A stretch of DNA of 63,601 nucleotides, filler included, from Choristocarpus tenellus KU-1152 (GCA_964200185.2; 12 parts of 12 records of this genome joined end to end with filler, not necessarily neighbours in it); one strand, 5' to 3'; positions 25,701-38,881 are shown, counted from the first letter of the whole stretch. Notes: generated by a model from the sequence alone, not told the origin. Numbers and translations are program-made.

Positions 25701-28001
25701 TGTGATATACGGAGTATATCATAGCGGTGGGAAGAGTACAACCAGATCTCGAGCGACACATTTAGAATTAACTATGGAATACCACCTGGACTGCCAGGTT
25801 TGGGGAATACCTACTTTGCAATTGTGTATTAGTATAAACCAGAGACAGGGGCAGACCCTAGGCTTCACGATACCCCTTGCACAGTGTAAGATAACAAGTT
25901 GGCTGCCATGGTCGGAAAGTTGCGAAGTGATCTATGAGTATCAGTGTGCAGGCAAATAGTTGCCCATACTTCTAGAATAAGACAAACAAAGGCCTATATA
26001 ACACTAAGAACTCCTCGTAGAATAACGAAATACTGAACATATCAAAATACCAACTTCACATAAGAATATCACAGTATCTGTTTCAATTCATCTACCTTTG
26101 CATGTAACTTCCATCTTAATCTGCACACTCCCCTATAAGAGTTGAAGGGCAAGTGTCTGAGACACTCCTGACGTAAAAGAAAACTGGAAAAAAATATCAC
26201 CTTTCTACAGATACTTTCCTAGTCTTTCAGCCAATGGTCTCGTTGTTGGTACATATATATATCAAAACTTACGAGTAGCGTTCTCTCTGGTGGTATCCTC
26301 AAGTTTACTATCTACGTGCCTAGTACGACCATGGAAATCATAAAACATACGAATGTTCCTAATGAAGCAAGAGCTATTATTATCTTTTTGTGGGGTGCAG
26401 GTAAATTGTTGCCTATATTTCTAGAACAAAGCAAAGACTTAAATAACTCAATAAAACTCCTCCTAGGATATTGATCCCTCCAGAATACTGAAATACTGAG
26501 CTACAATCTGCTAAATTCCACACATGAATATCACAAGTGTCTTGCTTCAATTATCGTATCAACGTATGTCGTTTCCATCTTAATCTGCACACTGACTGCG
26601 GAATGTCAGAGCAATCGCAGTGAATGTAACTCTTTGGGATAGAATGGCAAGAGTAGGTAGTCGCATATCTCACTGTACACGGCAGCAAGAAGAGTATCCA
26701 TTCCACACCCGCCTTCCAAAGTGTATTACCTTGATGGTGTTGTCATCTGCCATTACAATGTCATCGTCAAACCTTGCATTTTCCTGGTCTGCCTGGAAGT
26801 CAGCTAGGGCCCCATAGAAGTTGGTCGGCTCTGTGAACACTGGATAAGCTCCAGATGTGTCCACGCTAGTGCTGCAGCAAAAGTCGTATGTGAGGTCAAA
26901 GCATGAGGGGTGTGTTGGGGTAACTTGAAATTCAGGAGAGAATCTCGAAGAGATAATATGGCTTACCTTGTGCACCTTCTCCTCTTAGACAAAAGTCACA
27001 ACACTGATCTTCAAGAATTCCAGTTATTGTGTATACTAGAGTACAGATTGCAGCAATGGCATTGTGTTTGATACTTCAATCAGTCTAAGCACTTGATATT
27101 CCTAGAAACCTGAGACCTACTAAACTGCTACATGCTGCAACAACAATAGCATGGGATCTAAGGAACAACTCACATATGGAACCCATAGCTATGACGGAAG
27201 TCGCCCTAACTAAAGATGTCTAACCAATGCGTGTGATGCCCTTTAAGGCCACCTAGCATCATCAAAGTGTCAATGAACAGATAAGACCACAGCAAGTTAG
27301 TTGCAACAATCCTCTCCATATCACTGATTATACAACAAAAAACACTACATTCCTCCACTCCCACCACATACTCTCCACTAGACATTACATACACTCCAGA
27401 GTAGATTGATTCTGAGCCAAAGTATCTTAGAGGGTAGAGCTGCGTCCATTTGGAGGCCGAAATCCAATGTTGCGATATTGATGTAATTTTGGCTATCGTG
27501 TTTGTTAGGAAGTGTCAATATCCTTGTTCCGGAAACACCTTTTCATAACATACACATTTTACTTTTTCCGAAATATTTTGGTAGGAAAATGTCATAGAAA
27601 ATCCAAGGGAAGCCAAGCCCCAAATGGACAAACAGGGCAAAACTCGTACCCTCTAAGATACTTTCACTCTTCTATGTGTAGGTTTGTCACACAGAATATG
27701 TAAAAATCGATTGCTGCTGCTCTGCTAGCAAGGTTTGGAAGAGGGAAAGAGAATAGAAAAAAACATGCAGACCGAACAGCGGGTGCTTTATTCCCTACGT
27801 GAAAGGTTGCATGAATCCCCAATGTGGCAAAAATATGCTATGGATCCGATCATTATTATATCAATCACAGGGATAGGAGGGTGAATACCTGTACTCGGTA
27901 CCATTGGCTGCCCAGAACATGAAGGATGTGAGCCAAGACCTGATGGGTCCACTTACATGTGTCAAGTCCACCATCGTTCCATCAGTTTCCTGAATTGCCA
28001 T
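22761..28001 (-). CDS. NPC1 / Patched-family (RND-SSD) multipass membrane protein, C-terminal half; 5'-truncated, terminal exon unresolved
   Basis: Phase-compatible exons 28001-27889, 26871-26730, 25104-24947, 24531-24423, 23997-23925, 23603-23536, 23288-23118 and 22844-22761. They give SWLTSF..., PFAFSGVFIFTEQFLV, ELLGFIYYWDLDINSIT, LIMAVGLVVDYMVH (GxxxD), ALGEIGPSVLLGATTTFVGIIPMAFASNVIFRVFFRMF and HGLVFIPV. Confidence 0.92.
27414..27669. mobile_element. MITE family A, full length, intronic, 4-bp TSD TTCT
   Basis: TTCT-GAGCCAAAGTATCTTAGAGGGTA ... TACCCTCTAAGATACTTTCACTC-TTCT. Confidence 0.95.
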
Positions 28002-28698
28002 CTACTCTCATCACCACCCAAAGAACAGCGGAAAACACAATTGATCATGCTCTGGTTAATGAAACCAATACAACAGCACAACTTAGGGCAAAGAAGGCTT
28101 AAATGATCTAGGGGGGGTGGCGGCTGTCCAATTGGGGTCAATTTTTTCATGTCCCGATTTTGGGGTAATTTGGGGNNNNNNNNNNNNNNNNNNNNNNNNN
28201 NNNNNNNNNNNNNNNNNNNTTAATTAATTAANNNNNNNNNNNNNNNNNNNNNNNNNNNNNNNNNNNNNNNNNNNNAAAAAAATTTTTTGCCCAGGGTGGA
28301 GCAAAAAAAAAAAAAAAAGGGGACAAAAGGGGGAGGGGGGGGGGGGGGGGGGGGTAGCTAGCACAAAAAATATGTGAGGAGGATGGTCTTGAAAGAACAA
28401 ACAACAATAAATTACTTCGGGCACAGAGAGGGGGGGGGCATGACAAACCAATCTGTCCTGCTACACTACAAGGATGTCTACTGCATGATCTCAATGTTTT
28501 ATCTGCAAGAGGTATCAACAACTAAAAAAGAGGGGAAAGGGATGCAAGTTGGGAGAGGAATGGTAGAAAAAGGGTGGGGTCTGGGTAGGAATAGGACACA
28601 AAAACACCTCCTTGAAAAAGGAACGACCTAGTCTGCTCATGGAAGAAGACTTGATATCATTGCTTGCCAACTCTCCCACAGAAAATTAGGATAGGTGC

Positions 28699-28728
28699 TT
28701 GTGTGTGTGTGTGTGTGTGTGTGTGTGT
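28699..28728. repeat. (TG)n microsatellite
   Basis: Direct read. Others: (CA)n 35647-35677, (AAT)n 36017-36061, (TAGG)n 40179-40213. Confidence 0.95.
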
Positions 28729-28839
28729 CAAAACTTTCCAGGAAGAAAACGTTGTAGATAAGAGCATTGCTGGAAGGCATACGCATCGGAAAGGTGTAGG
28801 GCATGGAATACTCCAGGAAGTTTCCCAACACTTTCTTAC

Positions 28840-30104
28840 CTCCCGGAGGAAAACCTCTTCTGCTTCCGTCAGCAGGATGAGCCCACTACCACCCTTGCCT
28901 GCTCTCGCTGTGCGCCCAAGGCGATGGATATACTGTGCCTTGTCTGAGGGCAACCCAACCTTGGAAGTGGGAGTCAAGAGCAAGAGGCGTCGAGGGAATA
29001 AAAATAAAAAATTGATTAAACGTACACAAGAAAAAAAATATTTACATCGGAAGAGTTTACTACCATCACAACAAGATAATAGCCCTATCACTTAGACGCA
29101 AACCTGTGGGTGGACAAAACCGTCATGAGGCACCTCCACTTTCCCCCCCTTCCCCTTCCCCTTCCCTTCAACCTTCAACCTTCAGGTGCTGAACAACCAA
29201 AATGTTGGATTCTGTTGCTGTTGTGAAAATTGTAATATCGATCTATCCGACATTTGACTTCACTTGCATTAGATGAGATTTTTCTTCAGTTCTGTATTCA
29301 TCGGGAAAGTACAATATGTCACACATACTACAAAGGGAGACAATGTACAATATGTCACACATACTAGAAAGGGAGAATATGTACAATATGTCACACATAC
29401 TACAAAGGGAGACAACATACAATATGTCACACATATTACAAAGGGAGACAATGTACAATATGTCACACATACTACAAAGGGAGACAACATACAATATGTC
29501 ACACACACTACGGATGGAGACAGAGCAAAAGAGAGGTACCCAGGTTTTGACATTTCGCATTTTGAAGTCAATTTTTTCTATCAATTGCAATTTACCCATA
29601 TTTCTATGTAATCCAAAACTGCCTGACTCTTGAGCACCAGGAACCTACTGCTACTCCTACCTTGATAACGAGAAACTCTTCTTTTTTTCTATGTTAACAG
29701 CAAAAAGAAATGACAGGGGATACAATGGACTTACCGTATACCTTCAGAAACACGCCTCATTACCTTCACACTGATCCATCACAACCTAACCCGTTTCGTC
29801 AACAGCAATCTTCCACAATTTGTCAAAATCAGGTACCTGTACGCCTTCGAGCCTTGAGTGGATCCCTCTCTCTAGTCTACTACCTGTGGTCCACCTCAAG
29901 GCTGTCGTCATACATGCCCCTCACCTGAATCACTTGGGTGACATCTGGGTAGTCCAAGCCCCTGGCAGACACATCACTGGTGAACATGATCTGACCAACA
30001 TTGTTCCGGAAAGATTCTGACACCCTAGTGCGATATGCCTGAGACTTCCGGGAGTGTGTCTCTATCACATCCATACCCATCTTCTGAAACAGCTCTGCAT
30101 TGAC
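28840..30104 (-). CDS. DEAD-box RNA helicase (MSS116/CYT-19-like), two internal exons of the C-terminal helicase domain
   Basis: Exons 30104-29925 and 28959-28840, both phase 0: ETHSRKSQ..RTRVSE.FR, motif V TSDVSARGLDYPDVTQVIQVGLP, motif VI YIHRLGRTARAG. Confidence 0.93.
29309..29522. repeat. Intronic minisatellite, 36-bp unit x6
   Basis: GTACAATATGTCACACATACTACAAAGGGAGACAAT repeated head-to-tail without spacers; abuts a MITE C fragment (29523-29590). Confidence 0.95.
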
Positions 30105-31981
30105 CTACATAAATAAAAACAACAACAAACGTACGAGTTGGCCCCGGGAGGGGGGATGGGGAGGGTCAGGACATTCACAACAGACAACAAAGTATGCTTT
30201 GAATATACTCAAAACCTCATACATTTAAAACAAACAATAAAAGAGGGTTGACTGCAAACAGCAAAAGTATTTTTTTTTTTTCGCTCTCCAAAAGATGTGG
30301 GAATCACAGCAATCAACAGCTAGACCAGTGCTCACTCTGAAAAAGCACATCCTAATAATACTAGAAACATCAACAGTACCTGTGCTTCCTAAGTAAGCAT
30401 ATTGCCTCTTCACTTCAGGACATTAACTGAAAATATATATGTATCACTTCGGAACCACAACATCACACTACATCACAGACAATACCTCTCCATCCCAACT
30501 GAGATCATCAGGCACCTTGCAACTCTCATACGTCAACGAAATCTTCAACTTGAAGTTGAAGTTAGGGTGTTGAGGGCGCCGATCCCTCGCCCCGAAAAGA
30601 CCGACCAACCATACACGGCCGCAAAAGCTTGACGAGAACATCTCATTGGTCGAGACCAAACAACTTGCGGTGAATGAAACACGCCTGGACCAACGCAATC
30701 CATCAATGGTCCATTCACCATCAGAACTTAAAATGGGGCCGGCTTAGAAGAAGAATCCAACCAATGTGAATCTTCTGTTCAAAAATCTATAGCCCAATTT
30801 TGAATCTTTTGTCCCCCCCACNNNNNNNNTTAAGAAAAAAAACCCCCCAAAGAGCATTTTTCTTTTCAAAATACTATACACTATTTTTTATATTTTGTGC
30901 CCCCCCCCCCCCCCCGGCCCACTCCTGTCCGATGATTCAATATTGCTCGAAGAAAAGAAAAAACACCAGGTATTGACAGCCATGCCTTCCATGATAGCTG
31001 AATGCATGCAAACAAAAGTTGACTGAAAACGCCTACTCGAAGCCATGTGCAGTGCGCATACCTGGACTGGAGTCCCTGTACAGATGGAACCAGGGGGGGG
31101 GAAGACTACCTCAGTACCTCTCGGTTCCATCAGTGCCAGATNNNNNNNNNNNNNNNNNNNNNNNNNNNNNNNNNNNNNNNNNNNNTTAATTAATTAANNN
31201 NNNNNNNNNNNNNNNNNNNNNNNNNNNNNNNNNNNNNNNNNATGGCTTCCACTTTATTCCCCTACCAGCAACGTACTGTACTGCTGTGTGGTCATGACTC
31301 AGGAAGAAATGCACTTTTCGCGAGAAATTTTTTACGCGCACGCCAAACTCGCGTAAATATCTCCCCGAGTTTGTACCAAGTTGCCCGAATACGAGAAATC
31401 CGGTACAAAAGCCTATTTTTTTTAGTCTGTCGAAAAAAGAGGTACAAAATGGGTTTGGTACATAATATTTGGTATAAAATCGGGGTAGGTACTGTAAGTA
31501 TATTTCCGTTAAGAATAAGAATGGCTCTGGCAACAGTGTTGATGAGACAATAATTATGTCAATGACTTATCCTCCGATTAGAAATAATCTTTCTTCTTGT
31601 CGTCAGGTTGCAGCTGTCTGGCATGGGGTTGGCTTTGGGGGAAAGTTCTGAAAACACATTTGTAGGCAGTACCTCATTAACACAGAAGAGCGCAAAGGGA
31701 TGCAAAAGAATGACACATCAGATGGCGACGAGAAAAGGAGGCGAATATCTTTGACTGAGAAAGGTGAAGTGCTGGACTAGCTTGGTAGGCACAAGATGAA
31801 CATGAGGGATTAGCCCAGCCATACAATTTCGATGGAAGGACTATATCAAGATTTTTATCCTTAATGGAGAAGTTTTTGAATTGAAATAATTTATTATTAT
31901 TAAAAAATCGGGTAGAAAAAAATTACAATTATTCAAATTGAATTGAGTGAAACTGTAGGTGCGCTAGGTAATTGCTCCAAA

Positions 31982-32486
31982 GAGTCAAAGTATCTTAGAG
32001 TGTACAACCACGTCCGTTTGGGGTCCAAATTCCAATGTCGCGATTGTGTAGTTTTGGCTATCGTGTTTGAGCCAAAGTATCTTAGAGGGCAGAGCCGCGT
32101 CCATTTGAGGGCCACAATCCAATTTTGTGATTTTGATGTACTTTTGGCTATCGTGTTTGTTAGGAAGCATCAATATCCTTATTCTGGACACACCTTATTA
32201 TAATGTATACATTTTACCTACACGAAATATTTTGGAGTAGGAAAATATCATAAAAAAAGACATGTGAAGACAAGCCCCCAAATGGACAAACAGGGCAAAA
32301 CTCGTACCCTCTAAGATACTTTCACTCGTTTGTTAGCAAGTAAGTGTCGATATCGTTGTTCCAGACACACCTTTTCATAAAGTGTACGATGTTTCGGAGT
32401 AGGTAAAATGTCATAAAAAACTGTGGGAACCAAGTCCCTAACAATCAAACCGGGCAAAACTCGTACTCTCTAAGACACTTTCACTT
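31982..32486. mobile_element. MITE family A copy with a second A copy (32069-32327) nested inside, TSD GTTT
   Basis: Outer copy is split at ...CTATCGT-GTTT | inner | GTTT-GTTAG...; intact copies carry a single GTTT at this site. Confidence 0.95.
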
Positions 32487-35400
32487 AAAGCCTCCACAGT
32501 CCTCGACAAGCAGATCCGAAGTCATGAACAGTGATATATGTAGTGAATTGTGGGTACTGATACCTTGTGATGAGTTCGAGTTAACTAGTCATACCTCTGC
32601 TGCTTGCATTGTACAAAAAAAAACCCCGAACCTTTTCTATTTATTTACTCAGTTATTCCGATTAATTGAACTGAAGCCAGTTTAAATACTGATGTTGTTC
32701 GATTCGCAACACTACAAAACTTACTTATTAACCACTTTTCACCATGAAGGCAAGTTAGTCAACCATAACCTGATCCGTTCTGGGTTCCTACTGGGTCTTA
32801 AATGGGCCCACCTAATATTTGTTATTGATTACTCATTTCTAGTCTGGAACTTCTCCACTTACCTCCACCCCACCTCGGTACCTTGACCCTTGACCTGTGG
32901 TTAGATGGCAGTGCACACTATAGAACTTTGTTGTACCCTACACACAAACTAGTTGTTGCACTACAATGAATTGCACTGCCTCGTGCGCGCCTTGATTTTT
33001 TCTTGCAACTTGGGTTCGAATATCCCACTGATCGTCGCTCTGTCTCCTCCCTTTAACGTGGTGTGTTCTCCCTCCATCCACAAACAATCTTAGACAGTAA
33101 GCTCCAAATCTTTCTGACCATCCCTTTTGGTACCTTAACATGAGATAGTACATGCACTTGCAACATGGTCAATCGAAGTCAAACACCTTGCGAAGAAAAT
33201 CTATCATTTACAACCCAAGTTAACATGTAGGTGTTCTAGTGATTGGATGGGCAAGGATAACCACCCATCTACGCAGTAGTGCACAATAGGATGTCCCTTC
33301 TAAGATGATCCTGTGCAAACCACAAATACGTTCTGTTGTAGGCGAGTTGCCCCGTGTCACTCTTGAAACGCCTTAAAGTTGACAGTTTTCAAAAGGGTTT
33401 GAAATGGTTAACGAAAAGTTGGCATTTAGAACAAGTTGTGACCTACACGTGAATGTATTCATTATTTACTCACGTATGAGATTGTCTTAATGCAACGTTT
33501 TTTGTGTAAGAACAGAACCACATATACCAACACCCTATTAAAACATAGGGTACTCTTTGTTTCTTCTTGATATGATACAGTGCCACCAGTCCATACTGAC
33601 TTTTGATTGGTCCATTGTACTGGTCGTTAGTTCCACATGCATCACTATCTCATCATCACAATACCATCAACTATCTTCAAAAGACCAGAGCATAGTAGGA
33701 AGCATCAGAACAGTCGCTACACATCACACAGACAGACATAATATGTGTCGCTTGAGTTACATCAGAGATTGATTGAAGTTTGTTGTGTTGTTTCTTTGAT
33801 TCTTTTTGTTTTTCCCTTCCTTCTTCTTCTTAACACCAGGACACTCTAGTTGTATGTCAATTGTTGAGTTTTATTTTTATTTGTTTGGATTGTCCCCTCG
33901 TAACACACCTAGCTCACTCTATGTTAAGTGTATGTGATGCACATACCCAGATGCCATATATTCAGGGCTGAAACATCCACAGAAACCCTTCTCCTTCAAG
34001 GTGACAAGTCTCTACTCAGAGCATGCATTTCTTCCTTTTTTGAGTGTACCAAGGAAGAACATCGACTACACACAATCCATCTTCTGACCAAGCAAGCCAT
34101 GACTTCAGTTCCAATAGAACAAATTCACCAGTGCTTTGCAGCACTATGACACCTCTTCGCCTCACAAACCCACCCATTGCACTTGAAAGCACGCGTGATT
34201 CGATTCAGGTTTCAACACATCCATCAGTACAAAAACTGTCTGATATCTCTTTGCATCAAACGTTTCATAGAAAAGCACTCAAAAGCTAAATCTTTGTCTT
34301 GTGCAGCGATGTGCAGGTAAGTCTCCATCTGGGCCTACAGTGGCACGAATTATATGGAGGTAGGCTCCCCACCGACATTTATGGCCCAGTGGAGTGTGGT
34401 GGTCTGGGCGTCATGGTAGGAATGAGACAGCAATGTTTCGCTGTGCATGGCATGGCCAAGGTATACATGTGTTTCTATGTGGAAGGTTCCCACATGCTAC
34501 AAATAACAGCGGATCATGATAATGGCGGATGGATCATTTCATGGAGGATGGGTTTGACCGAAATGGTGCGCGGAAAGTGNNNNNNNNNNNNNNNNNNNNN
34601 NNNNNNNNNNNNNNNNNNNNNNNTTAATTAATTAANNNNNNNNNNNNNNNNNNNNNNNNNNNNNNNNNNNNNNNNNNNNTCTCGGGCAGGGGGTAAAAAT
34701 CCCTCCAACACAAACCCCTTCCCCCCCCCCCCCCCATTTTCCCCCCCCCCCCCCCCCACAATAAGTGCCAGATAACACAGGAGTTCATGGATAATTGGCG
34801 GGGGTTTACATGAGGTGATGAGTCTTACAGGATCTGTTTAATAAATTATGGGCGAGTCAAGTCAAGCTGAGGGGTGCTGTGAATATTAATATTAATATTA
34901 ATATTATTATTATTATTATTATTAGATTGTACAACTTACTGATAATTCCATTTTTTTATTTTCCTGGACAAACTGGTTAGGCACTTATCAGTTTGTCTTT
35001 CAACATGCTCGTATCTCATATCATTAGACATCTTACAGACATCTTACAGACATCTTACATCTGATATATCTGAATCCAAACAATGAAATATTTTATGGTA
35101 AGTAGTTTGGGTTGGGTTGTACTATTAGCAATTTGACGACAGCGAAAATTTAAACATCAGAACATTTTTTGAGCAACCAATTGTTGTGATAGGGTGGCAA
35201 GGGTGCTACTCCATTTAATTACCAACAGACATTTTATAAACATCTCAGAATAATATAAAGTGGAATACGGCACAAGCTCAATTTGAAAGCAACAGCTACA
35301 TGAGCTACAATGCACTCCGAGCCAATTTATAAAAAAAAAAATGAAGTACAAAGCAGTAAAAACTTAGTATAGTGCAAAAATAGTCTACTGATGTTGACTC

Positions 35401-35645
35401 CAAGCATCATGCAACACAGTGGTAGGACCCTACAGGTTACGGGTGTCGATCCACTCCAGCAAGTCAAGAATACATGTTCAGATATCAAGCATTCTTTCAA
35501 ACAGCCCAAATTGCTGTCAAAGGTTGTTGCTCATTCAGATGTTTTGAGTATCAAGAGGTGAGATCGATGGGCATAACGTCATTACCCATCGATGGGCTTC
35601 AATCCCTTCCGAAATGAAACAAAACCAATGACTTGCACCATACAG

Positions 35646-35681
<36 letters not shown>

Positions 35682-36015
35682 ATAATGGGGTCGTTGTTCC
35701 TGCTCTTACGAGCAATATGTGTCAGGACCCACTCCACTGACTAAATTCACATGAAATATAGTGGGATTACAGATGATGATACCAAACATGTAACGCCTCT
35801 TGGTCACCGATGGAAAACGCCTCTGAACTCCACAAAAGGTAGACACGCCTTAAAACATTAAAACGTGCTCAAAACGAAAACAATACTTAGAATGCAGATC
35901 CATTCCGGAAAAATCACAGGCAAGAAAAAAAAAATCAAATTGACAATCACAACGCCTGGCAGCAACTGAAACATATCATATTGTACGTATTGGGTTTTCA
36001 GAGAAAAATAAAATA

Positions 36016-36062
<47 letters not shown>

Positions 36063-36470
36063 GTAATAATAACAGTAATAGTTTACAGCTTCAATATTGA
36101 GTGCATGGAAGAGTACTACACACAAGAGTATGGAAAATCAAACTGCAAAACAGTGAGAGCCCCCAACATAAACTTTCACATACATATGCATATATACACA
36201 TACACACACACATATATATATATGTATTCCTGCAAAACTTTCTTGACTACAGTATTAAAGTTTTTGAATAATTTTTTTAAAACGTTGGAGCATGCATGCC
36301 TGTATGCAGGAGACAGACCATGCCCACAACGGGTGTACACACATTAACAAAATCTTCTTTAAATAAATCTTCTTCAAACCACGCCATGAATGCACAGCAA
36401 CAACACCTGCACCTTTCGCAACAACAATGCACCCTTATCCCATCCGCCCCGCAACCCTTCATGCGCTTTC

Positions 36471-36501
<31 letters not shown>

Positions 36502-37213
36502 CATTGCCCCTCACCGCTGCAATTTTATCCCACTCATTTCCTGCGCTGTCCTGTCCATATCTCTCCATTGCATCCAAGAATGCCGTGTGTTCAACAGGAG
36601 TAAAAGGCTGCTTTTACAAACAAGAAAAAAAAAAAGGGAGGCAGGGCGGTGCAGTACATTCAGAGGGTTGTTGGATTTGGTTGAGGGGGAGAGTTCTAGA
36701 GAGGAAGGAGGCGTTGGGGATGTCAACCGTGAGAGAGGTCGCTGAGTGAGTTTAGAGAGGGATGACCCCGCATAGGCAAATGGAAAAAACCAAGTCAATG
36801 CAACAGAGAGTGCAAAAGATAAGAGGATAACAGGTGGTATGTGAGTGGCATTTGAAACTGAAGAACGCCTTGATGTGGAGGGATGGGGGAGGGGGTACAC
36901 TAGGGATGTTTTAATGTACTATGAAATTGTCACGGTAGTGGAAAATAAAATAAAATAAAAGAAACCACAGATGATTGACTCCACAGTACCTCAGTAACAA
37001 GGGTATTCACAATTGGAAAAAAAATCAGGGAATGACCCAAGTATGCGCCCAACATGTGAAACACCATTTGAAACGGAAGAAAAGAAAAAATCAGTGATGG
37101 TGACTAAGAACTACACCACAGTGGAGTTTGCGGATTGGATATTCAACCAATCAGACAGAATAAAGGTTTGATGGAGGCATCATTTCCAGTCGTACGTACT
37201 AAAGTGCTCAAGT

Positions 37214-37978
37214 AATTATAGGTGCTTTGCTTCTCCTCTCCAAGCGGCTTCTCAAAATATGTTCGTTCTCTTGCGGATAGGTACTTGTTCTCAGGACGGG
37301 TTCGGTATAACGCACCCAAGACTCGTAAACTTTGAAACGGACATACATGGTCCTGATTTCTTTGGCAGCTTGCTACACAAGTTAAAACAAACAAATGCTG
37401 CATCAACACCTTCTATGGCGCAACTGCCCATTGAGTCGGGCGATTGCGACTGCCAGTGTCAGAACAAACAAGTCAATTCTGTGAAACTGCCAAAATAGAG
37501 AGATAAGAAGGACGAGAGACCAAACGTCACTTTTTGAAACGAGGTCCACACCAATTGACACGCTTCCACCAAGAGGTGGGTGCACCGTTCTGTGATTGAC
37601 AGTTGTCCTCTGTCAATAATGAACCAGATGCCACCTTCGCATTATCCCCGATTTACGAACATCAAAAGCCCTGGTTGCCTCCCCTAAATGTCTACAGATC
37701 ACAAGTACTATCGAATAAAAGGACCACGAAAAATTTTGCGCAGACAATATAGCGGTAGGTTGAGGAATCTCTGAGGTTTTTCACATCTTCGTGGATAGGA
37801 AATATACGTTCCACCATGGGTCCAATAGCGAATAGAACACGATCCCGAGAGAGATTCTCTCATCCCTTCCACACGACAGAGAGCACATGGTAAATAACAT
37901 TAGGCTTACCCTTATCATCCACTGGTTCCGAGGGTACGGCATGGGCATGGCCGGGGGCATGTACCCTGGTCCCATCAT
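37214..37978 (-). CDS. Putative small orphan gene; first exon 37978-37910 (MMGPGYMPPAMPMPYPRNQWMIR), downstream exons ambiguous
   Basis: ATG-initiated GC-rich segment ending in a strong donor AGG|GTAAGC. Candidate acceptors at 37589, 37488, 37449 and about 37367. No recognisable family. Confidence 0.35.
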
Positions 37979-38332
37979 AGTGACTTGTCGGTCCTCGGCG
38001 TGGCGCAATACCAATCAATTTATCAGGCGGGGTGGCAATAACACGACCCAGTTGGCCATGTAGAGGTAAATATATACGCGCTACACAGTGATAAAGGCTG
38101 TTCTGGGCGAGCCCAATTGCACCTTGGTATCCCTCGCTCTCCAAATCGTGTGCGCACCTTGTACTTTGGTACCCTCAAACAAATCTCAACAATCACCCTA
38201 TAAGTAGGCGTTTTTGTGAAACCGATCCTGTGCAATGAGTGCTTAACATAGCATTCCAAAAATTATCGAAGATTGGAAAAAATGGGATTGATACGCCTTG
38301 AGCACCACAAGCGAAAAACAGGAACTCGTCAA

Positions 38333-38881
38333 ATGAAATTCATGTTGATCGGAAAAAAACGAAAACCCTGTGTCCTTTTCGTAACATTGCTACTTCTACT
38401 ACAAGGGCGCGATGCACAAGGCAATGCAGGATGCTCCCTCTTCAACTGGTGCAATGGACATGGGACATGCGATACAGTTACTAGCACGTGCGTATCGAGG
38501 AGCACTGAGTCTCCATTTTCCTCACATGCAATAAAATGCTGTTTTGCGAGTACCTGTTGAGGAAGGAAACTACTAAACCTACAGAGGGAAGTCGCCGCAG
38601 AAATCTTTGTCTCCTATTCGTCGTTGATACCGGAATAGGATTATGTGTGACTGTTTATTGTAGGACATAATTCACCCTCGCCTCTTTTGGTACGGTGTAC
38701 CATACGTCTGATGTGCGGCCTTGTTTAGGTGCTCGTGTTATGAAGGCTGGGGAGCCGATACGGACATCACACTATACCGAGCCGCTGATTGCTCGGCTCG
38801 AGTTTGCCCATCAGGAAAAGCTTGGGGGGACGTGCCTTCGACTTCGACCACAGCTCATGAAGTAGAGGAGTGCTCGAGCAG
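38333..38881 (+). CDS. Secreted Cys-rich EGF-like protein of the Sig/Ocm tubular mastigoneme family, first two exons, 3'-truncated
   Basis: Exons 38333-38487 and 38729-38881 (phase 2): signal peptide (VLFVTLLLLLQG) then CNGHGTC...CSCYEGWG...DCSARVCPSGKAWGDVP...AH..EECS, the pattern of stramenopile mastigoneme proteins. Confidence 0.85.

Noticed and set aside
29309-29522. CRISPR array (36-bp repeats)
   Set aside because: Units are contiguous with no unique spacers, there are no cas genes, and it lies in a eukaryotic intron.
32938-33400. Gypsy integrase remnant
   Set aside because: Only vague similarity; no convincing HHCC or DDE motif could be read.
34299-34579. Non-LTR retrotransposon RT C-terminal fragment (IYGPVECGGLGV)
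   Set aside because: Only one short motif next to a contig end; insufficient to call.
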